Assembly (NCBI GenBank): GCA_000004985.1
Contig: GG738922.1
Reading direction: 5' to 3' (one strand)
DNA length: 64,000 nucleotides
DNA from: Naegleria gruberi
Lineage: Eukaryota
Positions 22,527 to 34,100 of this stretch are shown here, piece by piece. The notes under the pieces were generated by a model. It was not told the origin of the DNA. It made no database searches and saw only the letters and a list, made by a program, of their open reading frames with translations. The translations under genes were made by a program, and so were the position numbers. Numbering within the stretch: the stretch's first letter is position 1; every line of letters starts with the position of its first letter.

Positions 22527-24272
22527 TTACTGAATTAGTGAGGATAATCTTAATTTCATTTTGAGAGCCTCTTCCTTTGATTTTTGAGTCATTGGATTGG
22601 TCTGTAAATTTAAATGTTTAAGACTTGGAAAATTGGAACTAAGCGTTTCAATTAAAACACTAACCCTGGTAATGGCATTCATACCACAATTCAAGGTGGA
22701 AAGGAGAGGAAATTTTTGTTGTGAAAAACAAGCAAATTCTTCTGTTCCAATATCATTGTTTGACAAATCTAACAATCCCAATTTTGGTAATGCATTAAAC
22801 GAAACTCCTTTCAAATATTTTCCTATTTGATTGGATCTCAATAGGAGAAATGTTAAACCTTTGAGTGTTGTATTATTAAGGTAAGTGATTCCTTCTCCAA
22901 TTTGATTAAAGTTCATTATTAAAATGTGCAATTTTGTAGTATTTCCTAAGAATAAAGCCTTTGCTCCTTCTGCTCCAACGTTGTTACTACTAATATTAAG
23001 TGTTTTCAATTTAAGAAGAGATCCACTAGAAATATATTCCATTGATTGGTATGTTAATTCGTTACCAGCAACACTAAGGTTAGTTAAATTGGAAAGTTTG
23101 GTAGTTATGGTTTTTACATTTGTATCACACAACTTATTATTAGCCACATCTAGAGAGGTTAATTGAGTTCTTGTGGAAATTAGCTCAATACTCTCTGTTG
23201 TAAGATTTGAGAGAGCTACGTGCAACGTTTTGAGATTATTATTCAACACCAGAGAAATGAGGTCATTAGTCAAGATATTTCTTGCAGAGAAATGAGTCAC
23301 CTTGCTAATCGGTAGAGTTGAAGAAAGTATTGTATGACCATGGTTCGAGTTTTTTTCAATGTTAATAGATTCAATATTGTCCATAAATAGTAGGGACAAA
23401 ATTCCAAGAGTTTCAAGAGAATTGTGTGCTATATTCAATACTTTCAAATGGGCATTCATAGACTTGGCAATCATATCGGCACCTTCATTTGTAACTTGAT
23501 TTATGCGAATATCAAGTGAAGAGAGTTTGAAATTGGCTAATTTACACAAACATTCAATGGCTCCATCATTCAGGTTTGAATTATCTACTCTTAGTTTTGT
23601 CAAATTTTCCAACTTTCCCTTGCATATATTCTCCATAGCAGCAACTGACACATCAATATCAGATAGATTAAGACTGGTTAGAGAGCTCAATAGTGCAACA
23701 TTTTTACAACCCTCCACAGAAATATTATTTCCACCCAAATTCAAATGAGCTAATTTTCCACAAGTCGTAGCAGCAAAGCACATTGTTCCTTCATCATTAA
23801 TCTTTACATTGGTACACTCCAATCTTTCCAATTCCACCAAATTCCCACTCATCAAATATTCCAATCCTTCATTCCCAATCGAATTGTGACTCACATTAAG
23901 AATCCTCAAAAACCTCAATTCCTTCGCCAAGTAATAACAAGCTCCCGAATCAATTCTATTACTACTAATATTCAATTCTTTCAAATTGACTAATCCTGCA
24001 GACAATAACTCTATACTCTTCCTACCAATTTTATTTCCTTCCAAATCCAAACGATGAATATTAGAAGCATACTCTGTACAAGCCTTCATAATCTTTGTGC
24101 CCATGTAATCATCAAGATCCATCCGAGGACTCACCAAGTCAATATCTAATTCTGTTTGATTAATGATGGATTGCCAATATTTGCAAACTAGTAGACAATT
24201 TGACAATACTTGGATGGACGGAAGGTATTGGAAAATGTGGTGCTTGAATATTTCATCGGGTAATTGTTGCAT
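22527..24272 (-). CDS. F-box/LRR protein with ribonuclease-inhibitor-type leucine-rich repeats
   Basis: 581-aa ORF with ATG at 24270-24272 behind a T-run on the plus strand. Clear F-box (MQQLPDEIFKHHIFQYLPSIQVLSNCLLVCKYWQSIIN) followed by about 18 RI-like LRRs (LxxLxLxxNxIGxEGAxxL). Confidence 0.75.
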   Translation of the reverse strand: MQQLPDEIFKHHIFQYLPSIQVLSNCLLVCKYWQSIINQTELDIDLVSPRMDLDDYMGTKIMKACTEYASNIHRLDLEGNKIGRKSIELLSAGLVNLKELNISSNRIDSGACYYLAKELRFLRILNVSHNSIGNEGLEYLMSGNLVELERLECTNVKINDEGTMCFAATTCGKLAHLNLGGNNISVEGCKNVALLSSLTSLNLSDIDVSVAAMENICKGKLENLTKLRVDNSNLNDGAIECLCKLANFKLSSLDIRINQVTNEGADMIAKSMNAHLKVLNIAHNSLETLGILSLLFMDNIESINIEKNSNHGHTILSSTLPISKVTHFSARNILTNDLISLVLNNNLKTLHVALSNLTTESIELISTRTQLTSLDVANNKLCDTNVKTITTKLSNLTNLSVAGNELTYQSMEYISSGSLLKLKTLNISSNNVGAEGAKALFLGNTTKLHILIMNFNQIGEGITYLNNTTLKGLTFLLLRSNQIGKYLKGVSFNALPKLGLLDLSNNDIGTEEFACFSQQKFPLLSTLNCGMNAITRVSVLIETLSSNFPSLKHLNLQTNPMTQKSKEEALKMKLRLSSLIQ

Positions 24273-24322
24273 TTTTTTTTAAATATTAAATTTAAATATT
24301 TAAATAATTGTAAATTTTTGAA

Positions 24323-25279
24323 TTATTCAAGTTTGATGAATTGAATTCTCTTATTTTCCCAATCAGCAATAAGAATTTCACTTCTTTCCGAATTGAAACA
24401 AATTCCTTCTGGTAAAGCAAATCGTTCATTACAATTTCCCTTCTCTAAACTTCCAATTGATTGCAGTAATTGACCATTTTCAGAGTTAAATAATTGAATT
24501 CGATGATTATCTGTCACGAGACACATATTTTCAATGGCACATATTCCTCTAGGACAGTTCAATTCACTTTTTGAAGAGAATTGTCTTTTGAATTGACCAT
24601 CCAAAGTGAGAACTTGAACTAGACCGTTATTGTGATCTGCAATGAATAGTTCATTGGAGAATTTGGAAATTCCAACAGGTCTATCAAATTTTCCATCACC
24701 TTTTTCAGAGCCAAAACTCTTTGTAAATTGCCCATTTTCTGGATTTAAACAGTCAATTCTGTTATTTCCTGAATTACAGACAAGTAATTGCTTTCCTAAA
24801 TTTGAATTTTCATCCGAATCGATTAATATCAAACCACGAGGAAAGTAAAATTTATCAGTTCCGTATTTTTCCTTTGGTGATCCAGCTGTCCAAACCAATT
24901 TCATTCCATCATATTTGTTTTTTGAATTTTCCACAATTTTCACTTGATTTTCAATTGCTAATGATGATTGAATTAAATCATCGAGAGAAATTACAAATTT
25001 ATGAACGGTATTACTTCTACATGTTACATAAATTTCACATGATTCCAAAGTTGTTTCTACTGACGATGATAATTGATTAATTTCCACATAGTAGGGAATG
25101 CTCGGAGTCTTACATGATGAAAGTAAAATCCTTGAATTTAAATCATAAATACGAATGCAAGATTTATCATAATCAGTGATGAATAGGAATGATTTTTGCT
25201 GATGAGGAGGACGGCAGTGCATTATTTTCACATCTGTTGGTCGGAATGTGAGAGAAAACGTATCAATGTGTGAAATCAT
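24323..25279 (-). CDS. NHL-repeat beta-propeller protein
   Basis: 318 aa with repeated NHL-type units (F.RP.GI....e.lIaDw.NkRIQ.f, e.g. RFALPEGICFNSERSEILIADWENKRIQFI and FDRPVGISKFSNELFIADHNNGLVQVL). Confidence 0.65.
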   Translation of the reverse strand: MISHIDTFSLTFRPTDVKIMHCRPPHQQKSFLFITDYDKSCIRIYDLNSRILLSSCKTPSIPYYVEINQLSSSVETTLESCEIYVTCRSNTVHKFVISLDDLIQSSLAIENQVKIVENSKNKYDGMKLVWTAGSPKEKYGTDKFYFPRGLILIDSDENSNLGKQLLVCNSGNNRIDCLNPENGQFTKSFGSEKGDGKFDRPVGISKFSNELFIADHNNGLVQVLTLDGQFKRQFSSKSELNCPRGICAIENMCLVTDNHRIQLFNSENGQLLQSIGSLEKGNCNERFALPEGICFNSERSEILIADWENKRIQFIKLE

Positions 25280-25352
25280 TTTTTTCTATTCGATTTTTTC
25301 AATTTTTCTTAAATTTCCAATTCTTCTTGAATTTCAAGCGAGTTGTTCTCCC

Positions 25353-26441
25353 TTATTTTCGCTGAATGGTTTGTAGGAGCTGTTCAAGGACCCTTCTCTT
25401 CACAAGAAAAGCATCTCCTGCTTTTGCCATATATTTCAATATATTCTGCTGATGTTCTTGTTCATTGTTGAGAATGTATGCTTCGGGATGCCACTGAATT
25501 CCAATGATGGGAACTCCAAATTTTGTTTCAAATGCCTCTATGGAATAATCTGGAATGGAAAGTGCTGAAATATCGACTATATTCTCAAGTGGGCTGTTTT
25601 TTGGCAGTTGAGGAGCCATCCAATGGATTGAATTTACAGAAATTGCATGACTTTCATCGACTATTTTTTCATTCGCTGATTTTCCATACATTGAGGATTT
25701 CAATATGGTACACTCAGGTATTCTAATATCTAAATCAATATCATTAGCTTCATGTTGCAAAATAATGCCATGACCAACTTGCTGATGTTTTATCGTTCCA
25801 TTAGAATCCAAATTAATCATTCCACTGGCATGTTGAACATCCGAATTGATGTTTGAAACTGAACCACCCAAGAATTCCCACAATCTCCAACTCCCAGAAC
25901 AAATACATAACACTGGTTGACCAATCAACATGGCCTTTCTAATAACATTTCTCTCAAATTCAAATCTAAATATCATTGAAGGATCATTTTCCATAATCTT
26001 CAAATGTCCTACAACAACCAACAACCCAATTTCATGATCTATTTCCTTCAACCTTAATGAAAAATCACGAATCATTGGCAATCCATGTCTCCTCTTATTT
26101 TCCGAATGATATTTCAATGTCAAATTTTCATTCTTCTCCAAATAGTCCATCATGATTTTTCTAATTCCCTCCGAATAATTAACTACCTTACCATTCATTG
26201 GTTTTATCATAGTGGCTACATATTTTACATTTCTATTATTATTATTATTCATATTATTATTATTATTATTAATATTTTGATTCGGATTAGAAAAATTTTG
26301 TAATAATTCGTAAATTAATTTCGCGTCGTGTGATGAAGGTTTAAGGGAACAAGTGGCTCGTTTTGTAGCATGTTGTATGGTGTAGTGATCGTAGAACATG
26401 CCCTTTCCGTGCCCATCATCACGATAGCAAATACCAATCAT
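25353..26441 (-). CDS. class-I glutamine amidotransferase-like / peptidase C26 (gamma-glutamyl hydrolase-like) family protein with poly-Asn insert
   Basis: 362 aa. It has a nucleophile elbow (PVLCICSGSW) and an IQWHPE motif (His of the Cys-His-Glu triad), with an N-run NNNNNNMNNNNN near the N-terminus. Confidence 0.65.
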   Translation of the reverse strand: MIGICYRDDGHGKGMFYDHYTIQHATKRATCSLKPSSHDAKLIYELLQNFSNPNQNINNNNNNMNNNNNRNVKYVATMIKPMNGKVVNYSEGIRKIMMDYLEKNENLTLKYHSENKRRHGLPMIRDFSLRLKEIDHEIGLLVVVGHLKIMENDPSMIFRFEFERNVIRKAMLIGQPVLCICSGSWRLWEFLGGSVSNINSDVQHASGMINLDSNGTIKHQQVGHGIILQHEANDIDLDIRIPECTILKSSMYGKSANEKIVDESHAISVNSIHWMAPQLPKNSPLENIVDISALSIPDYSIEAFETKFGVPIIGIQWHPEAYILNNEQEHQQNILKYMAKAGDAFLVKRRVLEQLLQTIQRK

Positions 26442-26576
26442 TTTTTTTTAAAATTTCAAATTTGAAATTGAAAATGTTTACAAAAATTGAAACCCATTCC
26501 AAGAAGAATTGAGAATAAATTGAGAATTTTATTCTCTCAATGACACTGTACAAATAATAATTATTGGTGTTGTAAC

Positions 26577-27820
26577 TTAATTACGAATGGCATCCAAATC
26601 ATAATCAGTAGCAGCCAATGGAATGGTCTTTTCTTCAGTCAAAAAGTGTTGAACTTCTCTGAATAAAGCCATTCTATTCTTTTCCAATAAAACTTGATGG
26701 GTTCCTTCTGGAATTTGGACGAATTTCTTATATGGAACTTGAGTAAGATTCTTGAAATATCCAAGAGACATGTCAATGTTCAAATCAGCATCCCATTCAG
26801 CACGGATAACCAAAACTGGCATATTGAGCTTGGTTGAGTTGTAAATATTAATACTGTTGAACCAATATTCATTGTTATCATAAACTAACAAGTTTCTAAC
26901 AAACTTTCTAATAAAAATCAAACTTACCAATACCAGTTGGAGTAGAGAGATATTTCACACCCTTTTCATTAACCAAAGCTTTAGCAAAAGTGACACTTTC
27001 CCAAATTTCATACCAACCAGCTGGGATGATTGAATTTTGCTTATCAGCAGCGACACCAGTCAACCAAGAGGCACGTCTTCCTTCAATGGTTGTGTTACGA
27101 TAACTTCCAGAAACTTTAGTTTGGAAATTTCTGTACCATTGAGGAGCATAGATAACCAAACGATTGGTCAATTCTGGATAGTTGGTGGCAAAGGTGGTGG
27201 CAATGGAAGTTCCCCAGGACCAACCCATAATGTTCATCTTGGAAATATCTGAATAACGGATTAGAAAATCTGTTTCTGTCAGAATTCAACTTACTTCTAC
27301 GTCTCAAAATATATTTGACAGCTGTGGCATAATCATCAGCAGCAGTTGTGGTTCTGACAATTGGCTCACCAGTATTAGCTGGTCTGGTAGAATCACCATA
27401 ACCTCTAACATTAATAAAGTAAGTATCATAACCTTGCATAGCCATGAAATCCATCTTTTCAAATTGGTAAATAATATGAAATAAAGGATTTTAACATACC
27501 CAGCTCATACCACCAAGAACCAAATCATAACTAGTTTCAGATGGATAAGTAGCACCATGAACAAACAAGACAACGTTATCTGGTGAATACTTTTTAGTAC
27601 TTGGCTTTCTCTTATTTCTCATTTGCAAGAGAATATTCGAATCATCTTGAGCACGAATAAAGAAATCAGCTTGAATGACCTTTTCGTTATTGAAAGCAGC
27701 AACAGGAACCCTCTTTTCAACATAGTTGACTTCTTCTCTTGGTTTGCTTGAAGTAGCAAGAACCAAAGATGCCAAAACCAACACAACTGTCAAGGCAACA
27801 AATTGTGGACGAGAAAACAT
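26577..27820 (-). CDS. secreted alpha/beta-hydrolase fold protein (prolyl-aminopeptidase/S33-like), four exons: 27500..27820, 27295..27454, 26928..27248, 26577..26884
   Basis: Four track ORFs are stitched through introns at 27455..27499 (GTATGT..AAAG), 27249..27288 (GTAAGT..TCAG) and 26885..26927 (GTAAGT..GTTAG). The product has a signal peptide, ...VLFVHG...GGMSW|MDFMAMQGYDTYFINVRGYGDS...YILRRR|NISKMNIMGWSWGTSIA (the GxSxG nucleophile) ...TPTGIG|VYDNNEYW...IPEGTHQ (His). Phases are consistent. Confidence 0.75.
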
Positions 27821-28715
27821 TTTTTTTTATGAATGATGACTGGAAGGTGAAATGTTGCACATGTTAAAAAGTGGATCTTTGGTGATGGGTATGAGCAAGA
27901 GATCTGACCATTTATTGTCCTTCCCTACTAAATTATGAAGAGTTCTCCAAATATGGTTGTATTGTAAAAATGTGAAATGGAAAAAATGTACGAAATTGAA
28001 TTTGAGTGCAACCAATCAATACTAGCGCAAATATTGAAGAATTATTGTTTTGGAAGTTGGTAAACATTATGAGTAGCAACTGCTCGAATAGTTTGAAAAA
28101 TAAATTCAGAAAAAGAAAGAGATGGAAATTGTAAAGTTTTAAAGATCATTTGCTATTGAATTGGCAACTGTAGACAGTGCTAATGATTGTTAGTGTTGGT
28201 TTGGCACGTTTACAATTAAGTTTTATTATTGGAAACAACAGAACACAATATTGAATTTGGTGGTGACTTCTTTAATGAGAAGGAGCACCAGTATGAGAAA
28301 AAGTGGCTAAATGCATGGAATGCACACTCAAAAGTATGAAGAACTTACATCTCTTAAATAGATTTCATAGTAAAAGAATCTTTAGAAAATTATTTGATAG
28401 AGTTTACAATTAGAAGAAAAAAGATGTTAAAATTTTTTTATTGGTCAGACGATATTATTTGCTATGTTGTCTTGCATTGAATCTTCGCTTTTTCCAACTC
28501 AGATGCTTCCTAGTTCAAATGATGAATCAATAGCGACTGTTTATCCAACTACACCAATCTTGTAAACCATCAATGAATTACCATTTTGCTTACTAGAAAA
28601 GTATCGTTCCATAATTGCCAAAAAGGTATTCCAGTCCGAGTGTTCAATGTTAATTGAAACAAGGCCAACTTTAAGGAAATAAAACCTATTAAGGTTCGTT
28701 TTTAATGATTGTGTA

Positions 28716-28788
28716 GCCCGTCTAGCTCAGTCGGTAGAGCGCAAGGCTCTTAACCTTGTGGTCGTGGGTTCGACCCCCACGGTGGGCG
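28716..28788 (+). tRNA. tRNA-Lys (anticodon CTT)
   Basis: GCCCGTCTAGCTCAGTCGGTAGAGCGCAAGGCTCTTAACCTTGTGGTCGTGGGTTCGACCCCCACGGTGGGCG is a near-canonical eukaryotic tRNA-Lys-CTT. Anticodon stem CAAGG/CCTTG with loop CTCTTAA, acceptor GCCCGTC/GGTGGGC, T-rich 3' flank. Confidence 0.9.
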
Positions 28789-28824
28789 AATTACATTTTA
28801 GTTTTACAAAATCTACGTTTAATC

Positions 28825-30168
28825 TTAAATTATTTTAATATCTGAAAATGAAAAGAACTCTCGATTTCCATTATTTTTCTTCAAATTTTCATAGAAATAT
28901 TTGAGACACTTGCTTTCCAAAATCTTTTTCTTGTAAAGAACAAAGTGCCATCCTCCACATTCAATACTATTGGTTTCCAATGTTGGTAGTAGCTCCTCTG
29001 GTCCAAACTTATGATAAATGCAATAGATTGTGTTTGGTTTAGAACTATCTGTAAATGGAGTCTTGACAGCAAAGGAAGAGACAGGATCACCAACTATTAC
29101 AAAAGCATCCTTATTAATGAATACAGTGGCAATGGATGAGCATGTAATTCTTGTGGGCTGAAAGATTTTACTATTCTGGGAGTCATATGGAAGTAATGGA
29201 AAGTCAATCTTGATGAAATACTGATCTGAACCGACAACTCCACATTGGAAATAACCATTATAACCTGAAAATATATTCCATATTACAAATTAATTAATAA
29301 ACTAATACCTACCACACATGTAAACCTCTCCACTCTCCAATAAAACACTCGTATGGAAATATCCACATTTAATTTGATCAATTCTTTTGCCTTGAAATGG
29401 AGTTTTAAGTTGACTGAAAACTTCACTTGGTTGTCCACTTTGAGATAAAAATTGATCATCACCATGACATAGAATTTGGTGAGATCCATCTTGTTCTTCA
29501 TAAACAACAAATGAAGATCTTCCACTTAGTGCAGAGGTCACATATTTCTTATCTTTGAAATCTAAATTCAATTTCAATTCTTCCGAATAAATGGTTGAAT
29601 CTGTTGAGAAATAATAAATCACATCATCTGTTCCACGAATAAGGAAATGAAAAGATAGAGGTCCACATATAATTTCTCTAATTCCAATTTGATTTTCCAC
29701 AAACTTTTTGAGATGGAAAACCCTTTCTGATGAAGTATCAAATCTAATGACCAAATTATTCTTCATTTGCAATAGTACACCTACTTGATTGCAATATACA
29801 TCTTCCACCTGATAACAATTTCCCAATTTCAATTCATCAATTGTCGACTTGTAATCCAACCAAAATGTGGAATGGCACTCGCTTTCTGTTGAACTGTTTT
29901 TGATGGGTTTGAAATAATTGCATTGATTTGACTTGGCTGTTGCAAACTTGATGTACAATTTCTCTACGTGTGATTCATGAAAATTGAGTTTTGGCCACAA
30001 TCTCACCACAAAAAAATTTCCACCACAACTAATTTTCCTCACCTCTGTTGAATAATTGCTATTCGGAATAGGATGAAGAAAATAGGGTTCCCATTTAGGC
30101 ATAGGTACATGAATACCACTGGTTGGTTGGATGCCCAAAGTTAGCAAAGGAATAGTATTGTTCATCAT
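28825..30168 (-). CDS. RCC1-like repeat protein, two exons (29313..30168, 28825..29264)
   Basis: Track ORF 29302..30168 ends ...GEVYMCG(RY*). A GTAGGT donor at 29307-29312 and a TTTTCAG acceptor (intron 29265..29312, 48 nt, phase 1) continue GYNGYFQCGVVGSDQYFIKI...TRITCSSIATVFINKDAFVIVGD...ECGGWHFVLYKK..., with stop TAA at 28825-28827. RCC1/BLIP-type repeats (CGxxHTxxLxxxGxVYxxG) are present. Confidence 0.6.
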
Positions 30169-31181
30169 CTTTAATCATGATAAATAAATGGATGATAAAA
30201 TTGTGATTTTTTTTTTGCTGTTCGAAACGGACGAAAGCTGAGTAACAGTTCTATTGGTTGTAATAATTACAGGAATAAAGTTTTAACAACATTGTTGCTT
30301 TTCATTGTCAAATTCCACTGGAATGAACATGATCAGGAAATGATAGTAGAGGAACAATGTATAAATTCCTTGTGGAAGCTATCTAGCGATACCATTGTAA
30401 TTCACACATCGTCTTTAATCCAATTTTGCGCATTCAAACCATTTACCTTAGTAGCTATTTACCCCAAGTTCATTCAATTCATTTATTCTACGATTCATAA
30501 TACCTAATAAAATACGCGTAATAAGATAAGACTCAACAAATGATTAGTGATCGCTCTTTCAAATTTCAAGAAACATGAAGTTCTCAACTGTAGTCCTTAA
30601 TTATAATAATAACAAGAAAAAAAAGGATTCGCCAATGCAGTCCATACTTCTTTCTAATTTCGTAATCGAAAGGCCTTGTTACTAATCTTCTGGATTAGAG
30701 CAATGAAATATTTGAATAGCATTTGGTTAAAATGAGCAAACAGATGAAATATTGCTTTCATGAAGAGTACATGTCTTTCTTTTCAATATTTTGTTTCGTA
30801 TTTCACCAGACTATTCTTGAGTTTTAACACAATCTCAAAGAACCAGGTCTACGTACAATGCAGTCCGTGATCCTCAATTCACCGATTGCATTGACCAGAT
30901 AAGGCCTGTCAGTGTCTTCGAAAATGTGTCAAGTCACGACAAGCGAAAAAATCCTCACCTTTTTTGCATGAGGTTGTTCCTTATCTTGAAGAAGAATGAA
31001 TAGTGGAAAGTGATTAATTCATTAAAGGGGCATGGGTTGAAAGTAATGATGCAGTCAGTACTCAGTAGTAGGTAGTATTATCTACGCATCGATGCCATCC
31101 ATCATTCTACCTTTTAAAAAAAACGACAACAAATCCCATCAACAAACATAAACCTCGTTACGAGTAGTATTCAAGGAAAAT

Positions 31182-34100
31182 ATGAAACAAACCATCTTCT
31201 TTTTCATATTACTATCATTTATTTTGCTGCTGCTGTCAATCTCTTCAACTGATGCCTGCAACTGCAATGGACGAGGACTTTGTAATATTCTTGCTAATAC
31301 TTGCGTTTGTAAAGATATTAATGCAGTGAATTCTCTATCTGGAGGTCAGACGCTAGCTGCTGGATCAGCACTCGTCTCATCGAATGGTTTATTCAGAGCA
31401 GAGATGCGAACAGATGGCACTTTCATTGTAATTGGAGGTGATGGACAGAATTATACGAGAACTGGAACAGCTGGTTCTGGATTGTTATTTACCACAAATG
31501 GAGTATTACAGATTGGACTCTCTATTATATCGACAGTGTTGAGTTTATTGAATTCTTCACCCATGTTAGTATTGAGAAATGATGGAGAATTGGCCATTTA
31601 TTCACAACCATTGCTTGGATCAGTTACTTTGGAATGGGGAAGTGGAACTGGAGCTGCTATTGCTCCAACAAGTGATGATTATTTATATGGAGGATCAAAT
31701 TGTGAAATTGCAAAATGTGGAGGTTTATTACCAAGTGCTCCACTTGTTTGTTCCAGTAAGGGAACATGTAATGGTTTGGGAGAGTGCATTTGTAGTGATG
31801 GATATTTTGGAGGATTGTGTAATGTATTGTCGTGTGCTGGGATTTCTCAATTGAATGGTTCGGTTTGTTCTGGAAAGGGAACTTGTGATGGTATGAATTT
31901 GTGTAATTGTCAAAATGGATTTTTGGGATCGACATGTGAAGCTTTTAAATGTTTCGACAAGTTTATGAATGATACTAATGTCTGTAATTTGGGATCTTGT
32001 TTGGGTCCTGATTTGTGTCAGTGTCCTTTAGGATATTTTGGTTTGAATTGCTCAATTCCTAAATGTTTCGGCTTACTGGGAAATGAAACTAATGTTTGTG
32101 GAGCAAAGGGTTCTTGCATTGCTCCAGATAAGTGCTTGTGCCAATCTGATATTCTTGGAGATGTTTGTAATGTTTTCAAATGTTTCAACAAACTTTCGAA
32201 TGAAACTAATGTCTGTGGAGGAAATGGGTCATGCATTGGATTAGACAAATGTTTGTGCAAAGATGGATTTTTTGGTGAGCTATGTGATAAGGTGAAATGT
32301 TTCGGCAAGCTTTCGAATGAAACTGGAGTGTGTGGTTTGGGTCAATGTATTGGAACTGATTTGTGTCAGTGTCCTTTAGGATACTTTGGTTTGAATTGTT
32401 CAATTCCTAAATGTTTCGGCTTACTGGGAAATGACACTAATGTTTGTGGAGGAAACGGTTCGTGTATTTCTCCTGATCAGTGTTTATGTAAAAGTGGCTT
32501 ATTTGGAGATTTATGTGATAAGGTGAAGTGTTTCGGCAAGCTTTCGAATGAATCAGGTGTCTGTGGTTTCGGTCAATGTATTGGAACTGACCTATGTCAA
32601 TGCTTACCTGGATACAGCGGAGAGAAATGTAATTTATTCAAATGTTTCAACAAATTCATGAACGATACCAATGTCTGCAACTTGGGAACTTGTTTGGGTC
32701 CTGATGTGTGTCAATGTCCATTGAATAAGTTTGGTCTTGATTGTTCCCTTTCGAATTGTTTCGGCATTCTCTCAAACGAAACCAATGTTTGTGGAGGAAA
32801 GGGCATTTGTACAGGACTAGATCAATGTCTATGTCAACCAGATGCCTTAGGTCCAGTTTGTAATGTTTTCAAGTGTTTCGGCCATTTATCCAACGAAACT
32901 AATGTATGTGGTTTCGGCCAATGTGTAGGAGCTGATATCTGTAGCTGTTTACCAGGTTATGGTGGTGAAAGATGTGACATTCTCAAATGTGGCAATTTCC
33001 TAGCAAACGAAACTGGTGTCTGTAATGGATTAGGTTTATGTACTCAACCTGGAAAGTGTCTCTGTAATCAAGTTGGTGTTTTGGGAGATTTATGTAATGT
33101 ATTCGATTGTTTTGGAAAGTTATCGAATCAATCAGGAGTTTGTGGTTTAGGTTCATGTATTTTACCAAATATTTGTAATTGTCCACTTGATGTATTTGGT
33201 TTCGAATGCAATGACTTTAAATGTGGTTTATTATGGAAAAACGAAAGTTCTGTATGTAATTCGAAAGGTTCATGTATTGGCCCTAATTTGTGTCAATGTT
33301 TGAATGGATATGGTGGTCAATTCTGCCAAGATTTTTCATGTTTTGGAAAAGTAGCTGGTGCTTGTTCCAATCAAGGTCAATGTATTGGACCTAATCAATG
33401 TCTTTGTAATGACAATTACTTTGGAAGTTTTTGTAACATTACAACATGTTTTACAAAATGGTCAAATTCAAGTAATCCTGCAGAGGTTTGTTCTGGAAGA
33501 GGACAATGTGTTGGTCTTGATTTATGTCAATGTATTGATGGGTTTGATGGACAAAATTGTCAGGTTGATTTGAGAATGTTTGGAGTTCAATTGAATTCTT
33601 CACAAAATGTGAATGTCATGTGGAATGACAAGTCAGATGTCAATTTGGTATTTTCCACACTTCCTGAACTGATTATTGAGCCACCTGTGTCAAATCCTCG
33701 ATTGAGATTTGAAGTAACTTGTTTGACTAATTGTGTGGGTAAAGATTCCTTCCTAGTTTCATCCAGTGTCATTAACCAATTGACTGGTCAATTCAACGTC
33801 CAGCTCAATACTTCCTTCTTGTTAGATTTGGGACTTCCAAACTTCCAATTCAAAGTTAAAGCATATTATGCTAACAATGCTCCATACGCCGAAAGATTTT
33901 CCAATTATCTCTACTTTAACATCAATGTTTCAGGAGGTTTACAAAAGATGAGATCTTTGGGAATTCCACAATATTTCATCAAGTCAAGTTTCCAATCAAC
34001 TGAGATAATTAACATTGATTCGACGATATTCGGCATGTATTTGGATAGAATTACTTATTACAACTTGGTCAAAAGTGTTTGCTCTTGGGGTTCTTGTTTA

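Noticed and set aside
31690-33552. Tandem repeats as a CRISPR-like or satellite array
   Set aside because: The repeats are in-frame EGF-module codons inside a long ORF with a signal peptide, so they are coding rather than a spacer/repeat architecture.
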